Shown piece by piece: positions 51,966 to 64,000 of a stretch of 64,000 nt of DNA. The position numbers and the translations under genes are program-made. How positions within the stretch are numbered: the first letter of the stretch is position 1; each line of letters opens with the position of its first letter. A model generated the notes under the pieces. That model did no database searches. It had not been told where the DNA came from and saw only the letters and a list, made by a program, of their open reading frames with translations. This DNA comes from Cetorhinus maximus (Eukaryota). The stretch spans positions 29,636,001 through 29,700,000 of the forward strand of contig NC_135901.1 in assembly GCF_964194155.1 (NCBI RefSeq), given 5' to 3'.

Positions 51966-53050
51966 TGATTGCCATGGTGTCTCAGTCGGTCGGATGACTC
52001 TGTGAATCCCTTTCCACATTCACAGCAGATGAACGGCCTCTCTCCTCCGTGTGTGGTTGCCTGTGCTTCTGCAACCTGGATGAATCCGCGAATCCCTTCC
52101 CAAACTCAGAGCAGGTGAACGGCCTCTCCCCAGTGTGAACTCGCTCATGTCTCCCGAGGCTGGAGAAATCCCCGAAGCCCTTCCCACACTTGAAGCAGAT
52201 GAACGGCCTTTCTCCACTGTGAACTCGCTGGTGTGTTAGCAGATTGGTTGACCGAGTAAATCGTTTTCCACACACGGAGCAGGGGAATGGTCTCTCTCTG
52301 GTGTGAACCGCCTGGTGTTGCAGCGGGGTTGACAACTGAATGAATGCTTTCCCACACAAGGAACAGGTGAATGATCTCTCCCCAGTGTGAACTCTCTCAT
52401 GCACCAGCAGGTTGGATGAATGACTGAATCCCTTCCCACACTCAGAGCAGGTGCATAGCACCTTCCCAGTGTGAACTCGCTGGTGATTCTGCAGGGCAGA
52501 TGAATTAGTGAATCCCTTCCCACACTCAGAGCTGGTGAACAGCTTCTCCCTGGTGTGTATTCGCTGGTGTCTCCACAGGTTGGATGAAAGAGTTTCTTCC
52601 ACAAAGGAAACATTAGAATGACCTCACCCCAGTATGAACTCGCTGGTGTCTCGCGAGGCTGGATGAATCGCCGAATCCCTTCCCACACACAGAGCAGGTG
52701 AATGGCCTTTCCCCGGTGTGAACTCGCTGGTATGTCAGCAGACTGGGTGATCTAGTAAATCCCTTGCCACACTCAGAGCAGGTGAATGGCCTCCCTCCAG
52801 TGTGAACTGCCTGGTGTCGCAGCAGGGGTGATAACTGAGTGAATCCCTTCCCACAAATGGAGCAGGTGAATGGCCCCTCCCCGGTATGAACCTGCATGTG
52901 CACCAGCAAGTTGAATGACTGAGTCAATCCCTTCCCACACTCGGAGCAGGTGAATGGCCTTTCCACGGTGTCAGTGCGTCGATGTGTTTCCAGCTCAGAC
53001 GGGGCTTTGAATCCCTTCCCACAATACCCACATTTTCTGGGTTTCTCCAT
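51966..53050 (-). pseudogene. ZNF G9 (about 12-13 fingers; stop at 52613 then frameshift; acceptor and standard 3' UTR missing)
   Basis: ORF track 52613..53059 and 51982..52602. ACCATGG at 53050. Confidence 0.8.
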
Positions 53051-53224
53051 GGTGCGCATGTCCTTGTGTCTCTTTAGGTTCTACAATCAAATGAAGACTC
53101 ATCCACACAGAACATGTGCATGGTCTCTCCTCACTGTGGATAGCGATGTTTTTTCAGGCTGTGTAACTGGTTAAAGCTGTTTCCACAGTCAGTGCACTGG
53201 AAAAACTCTCACTCGAGTGTCACA

Positions 53225-53930
53225 GTGTCTTTAAGAGAGAGAGAGAGAGAGACCTGGGCCAATCTTTCCAGAGACTGCACCCTCCCTGGATTCACTTCCT
53301 TTCCCTTCAGTTCCTGCAAGTCAACAATTTCCCCCCAGAATGAGAAAAGAAATGGAAAAGGGGAAACATTGATTTCCTCACAATGTTGCCCAGAGGAGGA
53401 AGTTTCAATCTGAAGCTCATTGTCCAACTTCTGCATTGTGACGTCAAAATGGAACCGTGCCTGAATCAGCCAATAGGAATCACGGTGTTCTGCGATGACG
53501 TCCTCGGGTTCCAGTCTGTAGGCCAGGCGTTCGGACACGGGAGCCCCGCCCCCACCCATTGTTCCCCCTCCACCTCCTCGAGCCAAGGTTTCCAGACAAC
53601 CGGCTGACGGCTCCGGCCAGGGCGAGAAGCCGCTTGTCGAACTCGGGAGAGGGGAAGCTGCGCATGTGCGGGGTAGATCCCGCCCCTTCCCTTCATGCTG
53701 AGGGATTGACCAACAGGAAGAGTTGGAGGACCGGAAGGACTCTAGTCCACCAGCCAATCAGAGCGCGAGCTTTGTGTGAATGAAGATTGAGCTTCACGCA
53801 GACGAAAACTTCCTCCTGTTTCCAACATCTGTGAGTAAAACACTTTCTTTTCTCCCCCTTTCCATTTCTTTTCTCATTCTGGGGGCAAATTGTTGACTTG
53901 CAGGAACTGAAGGGAAAGGAAGTGAATCCA
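53225..53930. promoter_or_regulatory. Composite head-to-head promoter P8: variant-B exon 1 (minus, G9) fused to variant-A exon 1 (plus, G10)
   Basis: The left half matches the reverse complement of 42590-42900. The right half matches 5925-6280. Plus-strand donor aacatct|gtgagt at 53831. Confidence 0.8.
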
Positions 53931-55398
53931 TTTAAAGGAGAATTAGCATTTGTTTTGAAAATGCTTCTGATTTTTTTAGACCCCAAGGTGATCAATGTTG
54001 GGTCCCTGGTATCTGCCCGGGTGGGGGGAGGGGCACCAGACCTGGCCTCAGTGCCACAGGAGGCAAAGCCGGGGTTCCTGCTCCTCACGGTGATCCCCCG
54101 GCTGGGAGGGGCCTTAGGTCTTATTCATCAAGAATGTGCCCCCCTCACGTCGCTCCCGGAGGGTCAATCGGCAAATGGTGTAGCCAACGTGCAGCCAGTG
54201 CCAGGGTGTGAAGGGTGGACACTGAGAGGCTGTTTCCCCCGGCTGGGGAATCTAGAACACGGGGGCACAGTCTCAGGATAAGGGGCCGATCATTTCAGAC
54301 TGAGATGAGGAGTAATTTCTTCACTCAGAGGCTTGTGAATTTTTGGAATTCTCTTATCCATCTGGTTCACCAATACCTTTCAGGGAAGGAAATCTGCTGC
54401 CCTTACCTGGTCTGACCTACATGTGAATCTGGACCCACAGTGATGTGGCTGACCCTTAACTGCCCTCGTAAATGGCCGAGCAAGACACTCAGTTGAACCA
54501 AACCGCGACAGAAAAGTCGGACCTGATGGACTGCAGAGGTTCACAAGGTGGCTCAGCCCCAACTTTTCAAGGGCAACTAGGGAGGGGCAACAACTATTGG
54601 CCTTGCCTGTCACGCCTACATTACATGAAATGATAATAAAAATCCCAGCATGTTGTGGGTGCCCAGTCACTGAGTATCTTCAAGAGAGAGAATGATAGCT
54701 TTTTGAATATTATAGGATGAACGGATTTGGGGACAGTGCAGGTCAGGCATGATCTTACTGAATGACAAAATAGGCTTGAGGGGCAGAATGGCTTCTTCCT
54801 GCTCCTATTTCTTATGTTCTTATGTTACCAGGATCATCAGGAGAGAATGGGAATAATTAACACATCGAGTAATCATTGAGGACAGAAGGAGGGAGGGGAG
54901 TGAGTGTGGGTGGGTGGATGGGTGGGGAGGATTTACAGATGAGATGGGCGAACAATTGAATCCAATCAAGGATTATCTGTTCTGAATTTCTAATCTGTAC
55001 CCACAGTGATGTCTTTTGTAAACTCCTTTTACAGGACATTAGAAGGGGAGGATTCACAGACAGAACTTACAAATGAAACGTGACGTCAGGATCTGATAGA
55101 ATCACTCGATTCATCAGGAGCTGAATATCATCGGCCTTTGAATCTAGAAGGAGAAATTTTTGTCTGTTCTGCCTCTTTCAAAAGATTTTAAACATAAGTG
55201 TCACTGAAAAAGCATTGAGACACACACACCTGAGTGGAGAGTATTCCAGTACACTGACTGTGGAAAGAGCTTTAACCAGTTACACAGACTGAAAAACATC
55301 ACACCATTCACAGCGGAGAGAGACCGCTCATGCATTCGCTGTGAGGACGAGGCATGAACTGATCGTCGAATCTGGAGAGACACAAGGATACTCACACC

Positions 55399-55989
55399 AT
55401 GGAGAGATCGTGGAAATGTGGGAACTGTGGGAAGGGATTCAAAGTCCCATCTGAGCTAGAAACTCATCGGCGCATTCATACCGGGGAGAGGCCGTTCACC
55501 TGCTCTGAGTGTGGGAAGGGATTCACACAGTTATCCCACCTGCAGATACACCAGCGAGTTCACACTGGAGAGAGGCCATTCACCTGCTCTGGGTGTGGGA
55601 AAGGATTCACTAATTCATCCAACCTCCTGACACACCAGCGAGTTCACACTGGGGAGAGGCCATTCGCCTGCTCTGAGTGTGGGAAGGGATTCAGTGATTC
55701 ATCCACCCTACGAACACACCAGCGAGTTCACACTGGGGAAAAGCCATTCACCTGCTCTGAGTGTGGAAAGGGATTCACTCAGTTATCCAACCTGCGGAAG
55801 CACCGGCGACTTCACACCGGGGAGAGGCCGTACACCTGCTCTGAGTGTGGGAAGGGATTCAGTGATTTATCCAACCTGCTGGCGCATGAGCGAGTTCACA
55901 CTGGAGAGAGGCCGTTCACCTGCCCTGTGTGTGGGAAGAGATTCACTCAGTCATGCCACCTGCTGAGACACCAGCGAGTTCACAAGTGA
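55399..55989 (+). CDS. C2H2 zinc-finger gene G10, 7 fingers, intact ORF (196 aa)
   Basis: ORF track. ACCATGG start, acceptor ttttacag|G at ~55033, 3' UTR with AATAAA at 56257. Confidence 0.92.
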   Translation: MERSWKCGNCGKGFKVPSELETHRRIHTGERPFTCSECGKGFTQLSHLQIHQRVHTGERPFTCSGCGKGFTNSSNLLTHQRVHTGERPFACSECGKGFSDSSTLRTHQRVHTGEKPFTCSECGKGFTQLSNLRKHRRLHTGERPYTCSECGKGFSDLSNLLAHERVHTGERPFTCPVCGKRFTQSCHLLRHQRVHK

Positions 55990-56270
55990 TTCCAGGGGTT
56001 GGATTCTGCTGTTTTTGCTGCTGTTAATCACATCCAGGACTGAACCATGTTCATTCTGACAGTTGGTGAAGTGGGAGGGTCGGAGGGTTTCTTTCTGCCG
56101 GACTGGCCGGTCTCACGACTTTGCTTTCAGTGGCTGATACTCTTTGAGCCTGGGAGTGCACATTTCCACTGAAATGATCCACAAAAGCTGATGAAAGACA
56201 ATTATTTTATCCTGGATAGTAAATAGTGTTTTTCCTACCACTACAGGTAGATTTCCAATAAATACATCTG
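55990..56270 (+). other. Conserved ZNF 3' UTR element (also after G2, G3, G4, G5, G6, G8, G11)
   Basis: ggggttggattctgctg...cacatccaggactgaaccatgttcattctgac...gggagtgcacatttccactgaaatgatccacaaaagctgatgaa...caggtagat..aataaa. Confidence 0.85.
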
Positions 56271-59200
56271 TGAGAAATGAGACATTGAATGAATGATACT
56301 TTTCAGCATAGATATAGAATTCTTACAGAATTTGTTGTGTTACATAACTCTGAATTTAAAAAACACATAGTCTCTAGAAACAGGCTCGGGTTCGATGAGA
56401 TGATAGTGTAGTGGTAATGTCACTGGATCCGGAGGCCCAGCCTAATGCTCTGGGGACATGGGTTCAAATCCCACTGTGGCCCGTTATGTGAATTTGATTA
56501 ATTATATTTGGAATATAAAACTAGTCTCAGTCATGGTGACCATGAAAGTATCATTGGTTGTTGTAAAAACCCATCTGGTTCACTAATGTCCTTTAGGGAA
56601 GAAAATCTGCCGTCCTTATGTGGTCTGGTCTGTCTGTGACGACGGGGCCACAGCAATGTGGTTGACCCTTTACTGCCCTCTGGAATATTGTGTCCAGGAG
56701 GTATTAGGAATGAACAACAAATGCTGTCCTTGTCAGCAACACCCACATCCCATGAAGGAATTTTTGACATGTCCCTGGAAATGTCGAGATCTCCTGTTTC
56801 AGGTTTCCATGTCAACATTCCTCAGTGGATAGGACAGCGTCTTGTTGCCTTTTCTCTGTACAAGTGCCTGGGAAGAGCTAACAAATGGCCCTCAGCAGGA
56901 GATAAACTCAAAGTGTTGCTGAAAAGAAAGACATTTCGAAGCTTTTCGTCTGGCATTCAGCAACATTTGAGCAGCAGCTGAAGCTCGCCGTTTCACGCTG
57001 CTGCTATGCAGTAGCAACACGAGTGGTATTCACTGAAATTCATATACCAGTCGCTCACTTGTGTGATAGGCGGAATGTCTTTTTGCCTTGACAGCAGCAT
57101 CCTGTTAGTGGGGAATACCACTCAAGTTGCTACTGAATAGTTCTGTCCTACCAAATGACTATTTGCTCCTATTTCCTTTTTCTACATGGAGGTCACAAAT
57201 GTTAACAGTACACCCAGTGGAGTCTAACTATGGAATGAATCAGGTGAAGCATAACTTCCCTGCTTTTCAAATCTTTCCTTTTCAAAATGAACACTTTTAT
57301 GGACACCTCAGTCACTGAAGCTAATAACGAAAACTCCAGTATAAATGACATGTTTTTGACAGACAAATGTTGAAGTTTTAGTTTCGCGCCACAAGTTTCA
57401 ACTTCCCATTTGAGCCTCCAGCACCATTCTGTCTCCCTATTGCTCATGTCAGCGACAGCCAGGTGACGGAGCTGAGAGCTGAATTTAGCTGAGAATAATG
57501 GGGCCTGCGCCCCAGTTGGGAAACTGCCATGGGCGTCGCACTGACAGAGAGACAGGAAAGTGCTGGAGAACTGACTGGGAAATGGGCCTCCAACCAATCG
57601 GGACACGGGAGGGGGTGACCGGAGCTGATGGTGACACAACCCCCGGGGTTCAGTGCCCCTGTGTCCAAAGCGGGAGTCACAGGAACAGGGTACAGAGGAG
57701 CTGAAGAGAAACCATTTGAGTCCAGAATATTGTGCACATCCTTTTACTCTGGTTCTCTTCGGAATTTTCTGTTTTTTTAACCATGTTCTGTTTCATTAAT
57801 AAACTTTTATCAGTAAAAATATTTGATTTTTCTGGACTTTTCATGATTAGATTTCTGCAGTACAGGGAAAGTGGGTGCGAGGGGTTGGCAGGCTCTTGAA
57901 CAGAAAGTGAGTCCCTCTAAGATAATTGGCAAAGGAGCCAGAGGGGGAGTTGAGTTTTTATTTTTGACACAGTGATGTTAGAAAATGGGGGTCAGGGAGT
58001 CAATTAACCCTTTATCCCCTTTCCCAAACTCTGAAATGATTCACAGTGATAACCCTTATTGGTGACAGTGGTTAGATTTTATTCAGTATAAATAAGACCT
58101 GACACATGCTCATGTCTGAGCAGTAGTATCAAAGTGCAGCAGCATTACCGTTACACTCTGGGTAGAAGCACCATCTCCACATAAATGCTCCCTGCTCTGC
58201 CCCAGATGCCATGGCACCAGTCAAGGCAATATGTAAAACCACTACAAATCTCTGTGCTTGGGGAATCCGTTGTGATACTTTCTTACATCACAAAGTCTAT
58301 GAAGACTGATTTAACCCAGTCATTGCTGAGCTAACATTTGAACGGACCAATTACAAAACCTGTCATTGAACCATCTGTACCCGCCCAAGCCACGTCAAAC
58401 TCTCAAACAATTGGCTTCCCACCCTCCGTCCCCGGTACAGGGAGTCAGCATTCCCATGCCAAGCAGTGAAAACATGGTGGCCTTGACACCCATGTGTCGT
58501 CTAGGATTCAAGGCACTCTTGTTTTCTCTGTCCTCTGGGAGCTGTTCATCTCCCTGTTCCCACATAGCAAGTCGTCTGTTCTCAGCACTGCCAGATTTCT
58601 GCTGAGTTTTGGCCCCTTTTACACCTTTCAGATCAATAAAACATTTGGTCAATGAAGACCCAAACCACAATTTCCCATCCTGTCACCTGTCGACCATCCT
58701 CACCCAGAGAGTAATCACAACAGGAATAAAAACAGGAGAAGTGTAACAATCAGATTAAAAATAAATACACAGCCTGTCATAGTTTTTAATTTAGTTTTCA
58801 CTAATTAGCAAGAAAACCTGGGGTCTCCCAGGATTCTTACAGTCCACATCTTGAGGGGGAGGACAACTCTCTCTCTGACCCCTCACTCTATTTCACTCTG
58901 TTATTTTCCAGTTCTGATCTGGCCCCGCCTGGGGTAACATCTACTCAAACTTTTCTTCTCCTGAAGGAGCACCGTGAGTTCTAGGTTACTAGGAAATAAG
59001 GACATATGGTTCAAGCAACAGATCAAGCATGGATGTAAAAGATTCTCCACCTCTCTCCTTACCCCTGTCCAACATGTGGCAGTTCTCACTCAGTATTATT
59101 TCTCCCAAGCCCTTAATTGTCCTAATCCAAATGTTTATCTCTGTCACTTCAATTTTACTCATTTTGTGATCATGACCAGTGTGTTTAATTCTACACTGAT

Positions 59201-59809
59201 TATTTTAAAGTCAATTTCTCTCTGGATTGTGTGTCAATACTTTGATAATGTCAAAATATTGTCTCATTCTGGTCACATTAACCATTTCATGTCATGCTGT
59301 TTGTTAAATAGCTGTGTATGTTTGGGACCCATTCCTCAGTCCACTTCACCATGAATTTACGCATCCTATTGTCTTCACATGCAACAAATCACATCTGCAC
59401 ACTCACACCGGTATCCCAATGTCAGGCCACATATTCTGACCTTTCAGGTGTGCTTATCAAAAGATCAAAGTGAGTGTCTGTCTTTGCTTATCTCCCCCTG
59501 TTATAGTCCTGATATTTCGGGTCATGGCCAGACTGTCAAATGTGGTTTTCTTTAAAACAAAATTCATAGGTAAGAATGTAAATATCTCCCAGAGAAATCT
59601 ATCAACTTATTCATCTCATCTACACCTCCCTGACTTTCACTAGAATGTAGGTGGATACCAGATTGATGCATTCCACTGATCACTCGGGTGAGTTACTCCA
59701 ATTCCTTCACTGTCCAATACAATATATTCATCATGTCTTTAAAACAGAAATCAAACATTCCCAATTGATTTCAAGCATTAACATATTTTTTTTGCTCTTT
59801 ATTGTAGAT

Positions 59810-60790
59810 GTCAAGCTGGGATTGTTCTCCTTGGAGCAAAGGAGGTTGAGGGGAGATTTGATGGAGGTGTACAAGATTATGACAGGTTTAGATAAGGTGG
59901 ACAAAGAAAAGCTGTTCCCATTCGCTGATGGTACAAGGATGAGGGGGACAGAGTTAAGGTTTTGGGCAGGAGATGCAGGGGGGATGTGAGGAGGAATATT
60001 TTCACACAGTGAGTGGCAATGACCTGGAACTTGCTGCCTATGAGGGGGGTGGAAGCAGAGACGATTAACAATTTAAAAAGGCAATTGGATGGATACTTGA
60101 AAGAATATGGACTTGATGGGCTGAATGGTCTCCTTGTGAGTTCTCAAGACTCCATGATCCAAAGAGAGAAATTTCAGCTGCTCCAGTCTCTCCAACTTAC
60201 TGAAGTCCCTCATCCCTGGTGCCAATCTCGTAAATCTCCTCTGCACCCTCTCTAAGAACTTCACATCTTTCCAAAAGTGTAGGGTCCAGATATAGGGTTC
60301 CATTCTCAAGGGATAGAATTGAAAAGCAGGGAGCAGGCAGTTATGTTCAACTTGTTTTGAATCATGGTTAGACTACACTGGGAGTACTGTCAACATCTGT
60401 GATCTCCATTAAGAAAGAGGAAATAGAGGCACTGGAGAAGGGGCAACAAAGATTCACAAGAATAACACCAGAACTGAGAGCATTTAACCCTCAGGAAAGG
60501 CTGGGGCTGCTTTTCTCTAGAAAAGAGAAGACTGAAGGGTGACCTGATGGATGACTTTAAGATGATGAAGGGGTTCAATAATCCAATTGGGATTTCATGA
60601 GAAACTTCTTTACCCAGAGAGTGGTGAGAATGTGGAACTCGCTACCATAGCGAGTGGTTGAGATGAATAACATGAATATATTTAAGGGGAAGCTAGATAC
60701 ATACATGAGGGAGAAAGGAATAGAAGGATATGCTGATGGGGAGAGATGAAGAGGGGTGGGCGGAGGCTCATGTGGAGCATAAATACTGTC
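59810..60790. mobile_element. Cluster of CR1 3' fragments in both orientations (paralogous to 34105-35150 and inverted 24470-25230)
   Basis: LGLFSLEQRRLRGDLMEVYKIM and related motifs. Confidence 0.8.
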
Positions 60791-61130
60791 AGAAACCAAT
60801 TGGCCGACTGGCCTAGCCCTGTGCTGTAGACTCAATGGAACTGAGACAAATGTATTTATTTTAGATCTACCTGTAGTGGTAGGAAAAACACTATTTACTA
60901 TCCAGGATAAAATAAATGTCCTTCATCAGCTTTTGTGGATCGTTTCAGTGGAAATGTGCACTCCCAGGCTCAAAGAGCATCAGCCACTGGAAGCAAAGTT
61001 GTGAGACCGGACAATCCAGCAGAAAGAAACCCACCGACCCTCCCACTTCACCAAGTGTCAGAATGAACATGGTTCAGTCCTGGATGTGATTAACAGCAGC
61101 AATAACAGCAGAATCCAACCCCTGGAATCA

Positions 61131-61223
<93 letters not shown>

Positions 61224-61475
61224 CTACTGGTGTGTCCACAGGTGGGATGGCCTTTTAAACCTCTTTGCACAGTGAGAACAGGTGAATGGTCTCTCCTCAG
61301 TGTGAATCCTCTGGTGGAACATGAGATTCATAGAGTTTTTAATGCCACCGCCACAATCAGAGCATTTAAAAGGTCTCTCATTGGTGTGAGTGCTCTGGTG
61401 TCTCAGCAGGCTGGATGACTGAGTGAATCCCTTCCCACAGGCAGAGCAGGTGAATGGCCTCTCCCCGGTGTGAAC

Positions 61476-62054
61476 TCACTGGTGTGTCTGCAGGTTGGAT
61501 GATGTTCGAAATCTCTTTGCACAGTGAGAGCAGCTGAATAGCCTCTCCTCAGTGTGAATGCGCTGGTGGAACATCAGGTCTGCAGTGCTTTTAAAGCCAC
61601 TCCCACACTCATAGCGTTGCAAGGGTTTCTCATTGGTGTGACTGCCCTGGTGTCTCAGCAGGTTGGATGACTGAGTGAATCCCTTTCCACACACGGAGCA
61701 GGTGAACGGTCTTTCCCCAGTGTGACTTTGCTGGTGTCTCAGCAGGTTGGATAACTGAGTGAATCCCTTCCCACAATCAGAGCAGGTGAATGGCCTCTCC
61801 CCGGTGTGAACTCGCTGGTGTTTACGCTGGGCAGATGAATCACTGAATCCCTTCCCACACTCAGAGCAGGTGAACAGCCTCTCTCCAGTGTGAACTTGCT
61901 GGTGATTTTGCAGGATGACTAACTGAGTGAATCCGTTCCCACACTTGGAGCAGGTGAATGGTTTCTCCCCGGTGTGACTGCGTCGATGAATTTCCAGCTC
62001 ACTTGGGGATCTGAATCCCTTCCCACAGTCTCCACATTTCCACGGTTTCTCCAT
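61476..62054 (-). CDS. C2H2 zinc-finger gene G11, truncated in finger 7 (ancestral 11-finger frame ends at 61128; second stop at ~61225)
   Basis: ORF track 61476..62054. The frame continues to cacaagTGA at 61128-61130, followed by the 3' UTR. Confidence 0.7.
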   Translation of the reverse strand: MEKPWKCGDCGKGFRSPSELEIHRRSHTGEKPFTCSKCGNGFTQLVILQNHQQVHTGERLFTCSECGKGFSDSSAQRKHQRVHTGERPFTCSDCGKGFTQLSNLLRHQQSHTGERPFTCSVCGKGFTQSSNLLRHQGSHTNEKPLQRYECGSGFKSTADLMFHQRIHTEERLFSCSHCAKRFRTSSNLQTHQ

Positions 62055-62879
62055 GGTGCGGGTGTCCTTGTGTCTCTCCAGATTCGATGATCAGTTGAAG
62101 CCTCATCCACTCATGACAACACGCTTAAAGTTTCTCCCCACTGTGAATGGTACGATGTTTTTTTCAGGCTGTGTAACTGGTTAAATCTCTTTCCACAGTC
62201 AGTGCACTGGAACACTCTCACTCGGGTGTGTGCTTTTCCAGTCACACTCTTGTTTAAAATGTTTTGACACAGACAGAACAGATATTTTTCCTTCTAGTTT
62301 CAAAGACCAATGATGCTCTGTCAGATCTCGATATGATGTTTACTTGGAGATTTCTCTCTAGCAAGTCCTCCCCTTCCAATATCCTGTAAAAGGAGTTGGC
62401 AAAAGTCATCACTGTCAGTACAGGATAGAAATTCAGTACAGACAATTCGAGTTTCTAAGAAACATTCTTTCCTCTCTCATTCCCCAAAAGCTATAAATCT
62501 CCGTACCACACGCTCTCCCTCTATTCTCACTCTGCTGTAACGAACATACATCCTCCCAATTTATGTGGTTATCTCCTGGAACTCACTGCCGCTGATTGTG
62601 GTGGGAGCAGAGACAATCAGTTATCTCAAAATAAAATTGTATGGACACTTGCAGTGGAACGGTGATATAGAGGGGGAATGGGACTGACTGGATCGTTCTG
62701 AGTCGGCATGGACTCGAGTTGTGCTGTAAGGACCATGACTGGAAAAATATAACATAGTGATCTACTGTATTAGAAGAGTAGAATCAATTATAAATGTACT
62801 TTATTACAGAACTATCAATAATCTATCTAATATGTACCATATAACAACACTAGACATATCTCTGTCCGATATTAATTCA

Positions 62880-63690
62880 CTGTCCCCTTAAATGTCAGCC
62901 TTCTCCAGGGGAAACTACCCCTTTAATTGTGAACATGAAGAAAGAGATCATCCTTTTAGCCAGACAAATAAATATGTCAAGCTGAGGGAGCAAAGGATGT
63001 CGACGTCTTTAAGAGAGAGAGACCTGGGCCAACCTTTCCAGAGTCTGCACCCTCCCTGGATTCACTTCCTTTCCCTTCAGTTCCTGCAAGTCAACAATTT
63101 CCCCCAGAATGAGAAAAGAAATGGAAAGGGGGAGAAAAGAAAGTGTTTTACTCGCAGATGTTGGACACAGGAGGAAGTTTTAGTCTGTGTGAAGCTCAAT
63201 CTTCATTCACACAAAGCCCGCGCTCTGATTGGCTGGAGGACAAGGCTCCTTCCGGTCCTCCAATTCTTCCCATTGGTCCATCCCTCAGGATGAAGGGAAG
63301 GGGGGTGGGCTCTGCCCGCACATGCGCAGCTTCACCGTTCCCTTCGACAACGCAGTCCCGGGCCGCCCGCTTGCGCGGCGGGTAGAGCGGTTTCCCCAGC
63401 GCGGAGGATTGTGGGAGCTGCGGCCGCCATTACTCATTCAGAGCCCAGTCTCCAAACTCTTGGGACTGGAATGGAAAGTGGGGGTGGGGGGCGGAGTGAC
63501 CTCACCCTGACACAAAGTATATGTGGGTAGTGACTGGATTTGATTGTGACGTCCCCTTAGCCAAACAGTTTGTTAACTTCAGGTGTAAAGATTTAGACAC
63601 CTGGGTGACATATTGGGGAGGGCCATAGGTGAGTGTGAAACTGAACCTTCAGGAGAGGAGAATTGTGGAAAAGCAGGAGGAGGATAGTAG
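62880..63690. promoter_or_regulatory. Promoter/exon-1 module P9 (drives G11)
   Basis: Module homology. gcacatgcgca, attgtgggagctgcggccgccatt, divergent donor catag|gtgagt at ~63629. Minus-strand donor is GC (actcgcagatg). Confidence 0.78.
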
Positions 63691-64000
63691 GAAGAATTAG
63701 TGTTAAATTCAATAGGGAGAAGGAGTTGAATTGTGGGGTGGCAGATATTTATAATTTGAAAGGGGAAGAAACATGATTTTTTGATAATTAGAATTGTCAT
63801 TTCTGAGCTTCTATCCTGTACTAACAGTGATGACTTGATAACATCAAACCTGTTGCACCTATTCATAACCTGGAGGTCCTTTCTCAGGTCAACCCTCAGC
63901 CTTGATTTCCCCAGACTGTTCACTCTACCCTGTAACTTAAACACTCTTAGTTCTGATATCATCCTTGTGAATCTTTCTTGCATCTCTTCGATATTCTCTA

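Noticed and set aside
55355-55365. Conserved in-frame TGA as selenocysteine or readthrough
   Set aside because: It is TAA in G5, and the upstream region has other stops and frameshifts. No SECIS was identified.
56180-56225. CTGATGA in the conserved 3' UTR as a hammerhead or C/D box
   Set aside because: No correctly placed GAAA or stem III and no terminal stem. Not supportable.

Overview
Vertebrate genomic DNA, probably from a cartilaginous fish (inferred from the CR1, Deu-SINE and Penelope repeat content and the [10 protein letters not shown]-type zinc fingers; not verified by database search). The window is a dense cluster of C2H2 zinc-finger genes with no effector domain. Eleven copies or relics are recognisable: three have intact ORFs (5, 9 and 7 fingers), one runs off the window edge, and the rest are truncated or pseudogenic. 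All are built from one reiterated cassette: (i) a ~0.8 kb CpG-rich bidirectional promoter with NRF1, ZNF143/Staf, YY1, ETS, CCAAT and GC-box motifs and a splice donor on each side (nine loci); (ii) an intron carrying a shared old CR1 scrap; (iii) an exon 2 whose 5' part is a fossil acidic domain plus three dead fingers with shared stops, so the surviving ORF starts at an ATG in place of the linker Gly (TGEKP to TMEKP, usually ACCATGG); (iv) a conserved ~300 nt 3' UTR. The cluster grew by inverted and direct segmental duplications. These include a ~7 kb-arm inverted repeat, with oppositely oriented degenerate telomere-like arrays at or near its inner ends. Two Penelope-like families carrying minimal hammerhead-ribozyme motifs have inserted repeatedly, several into the same small window of intron 1. 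Coordinates were read by eye, so repeat boundaries are approximate.
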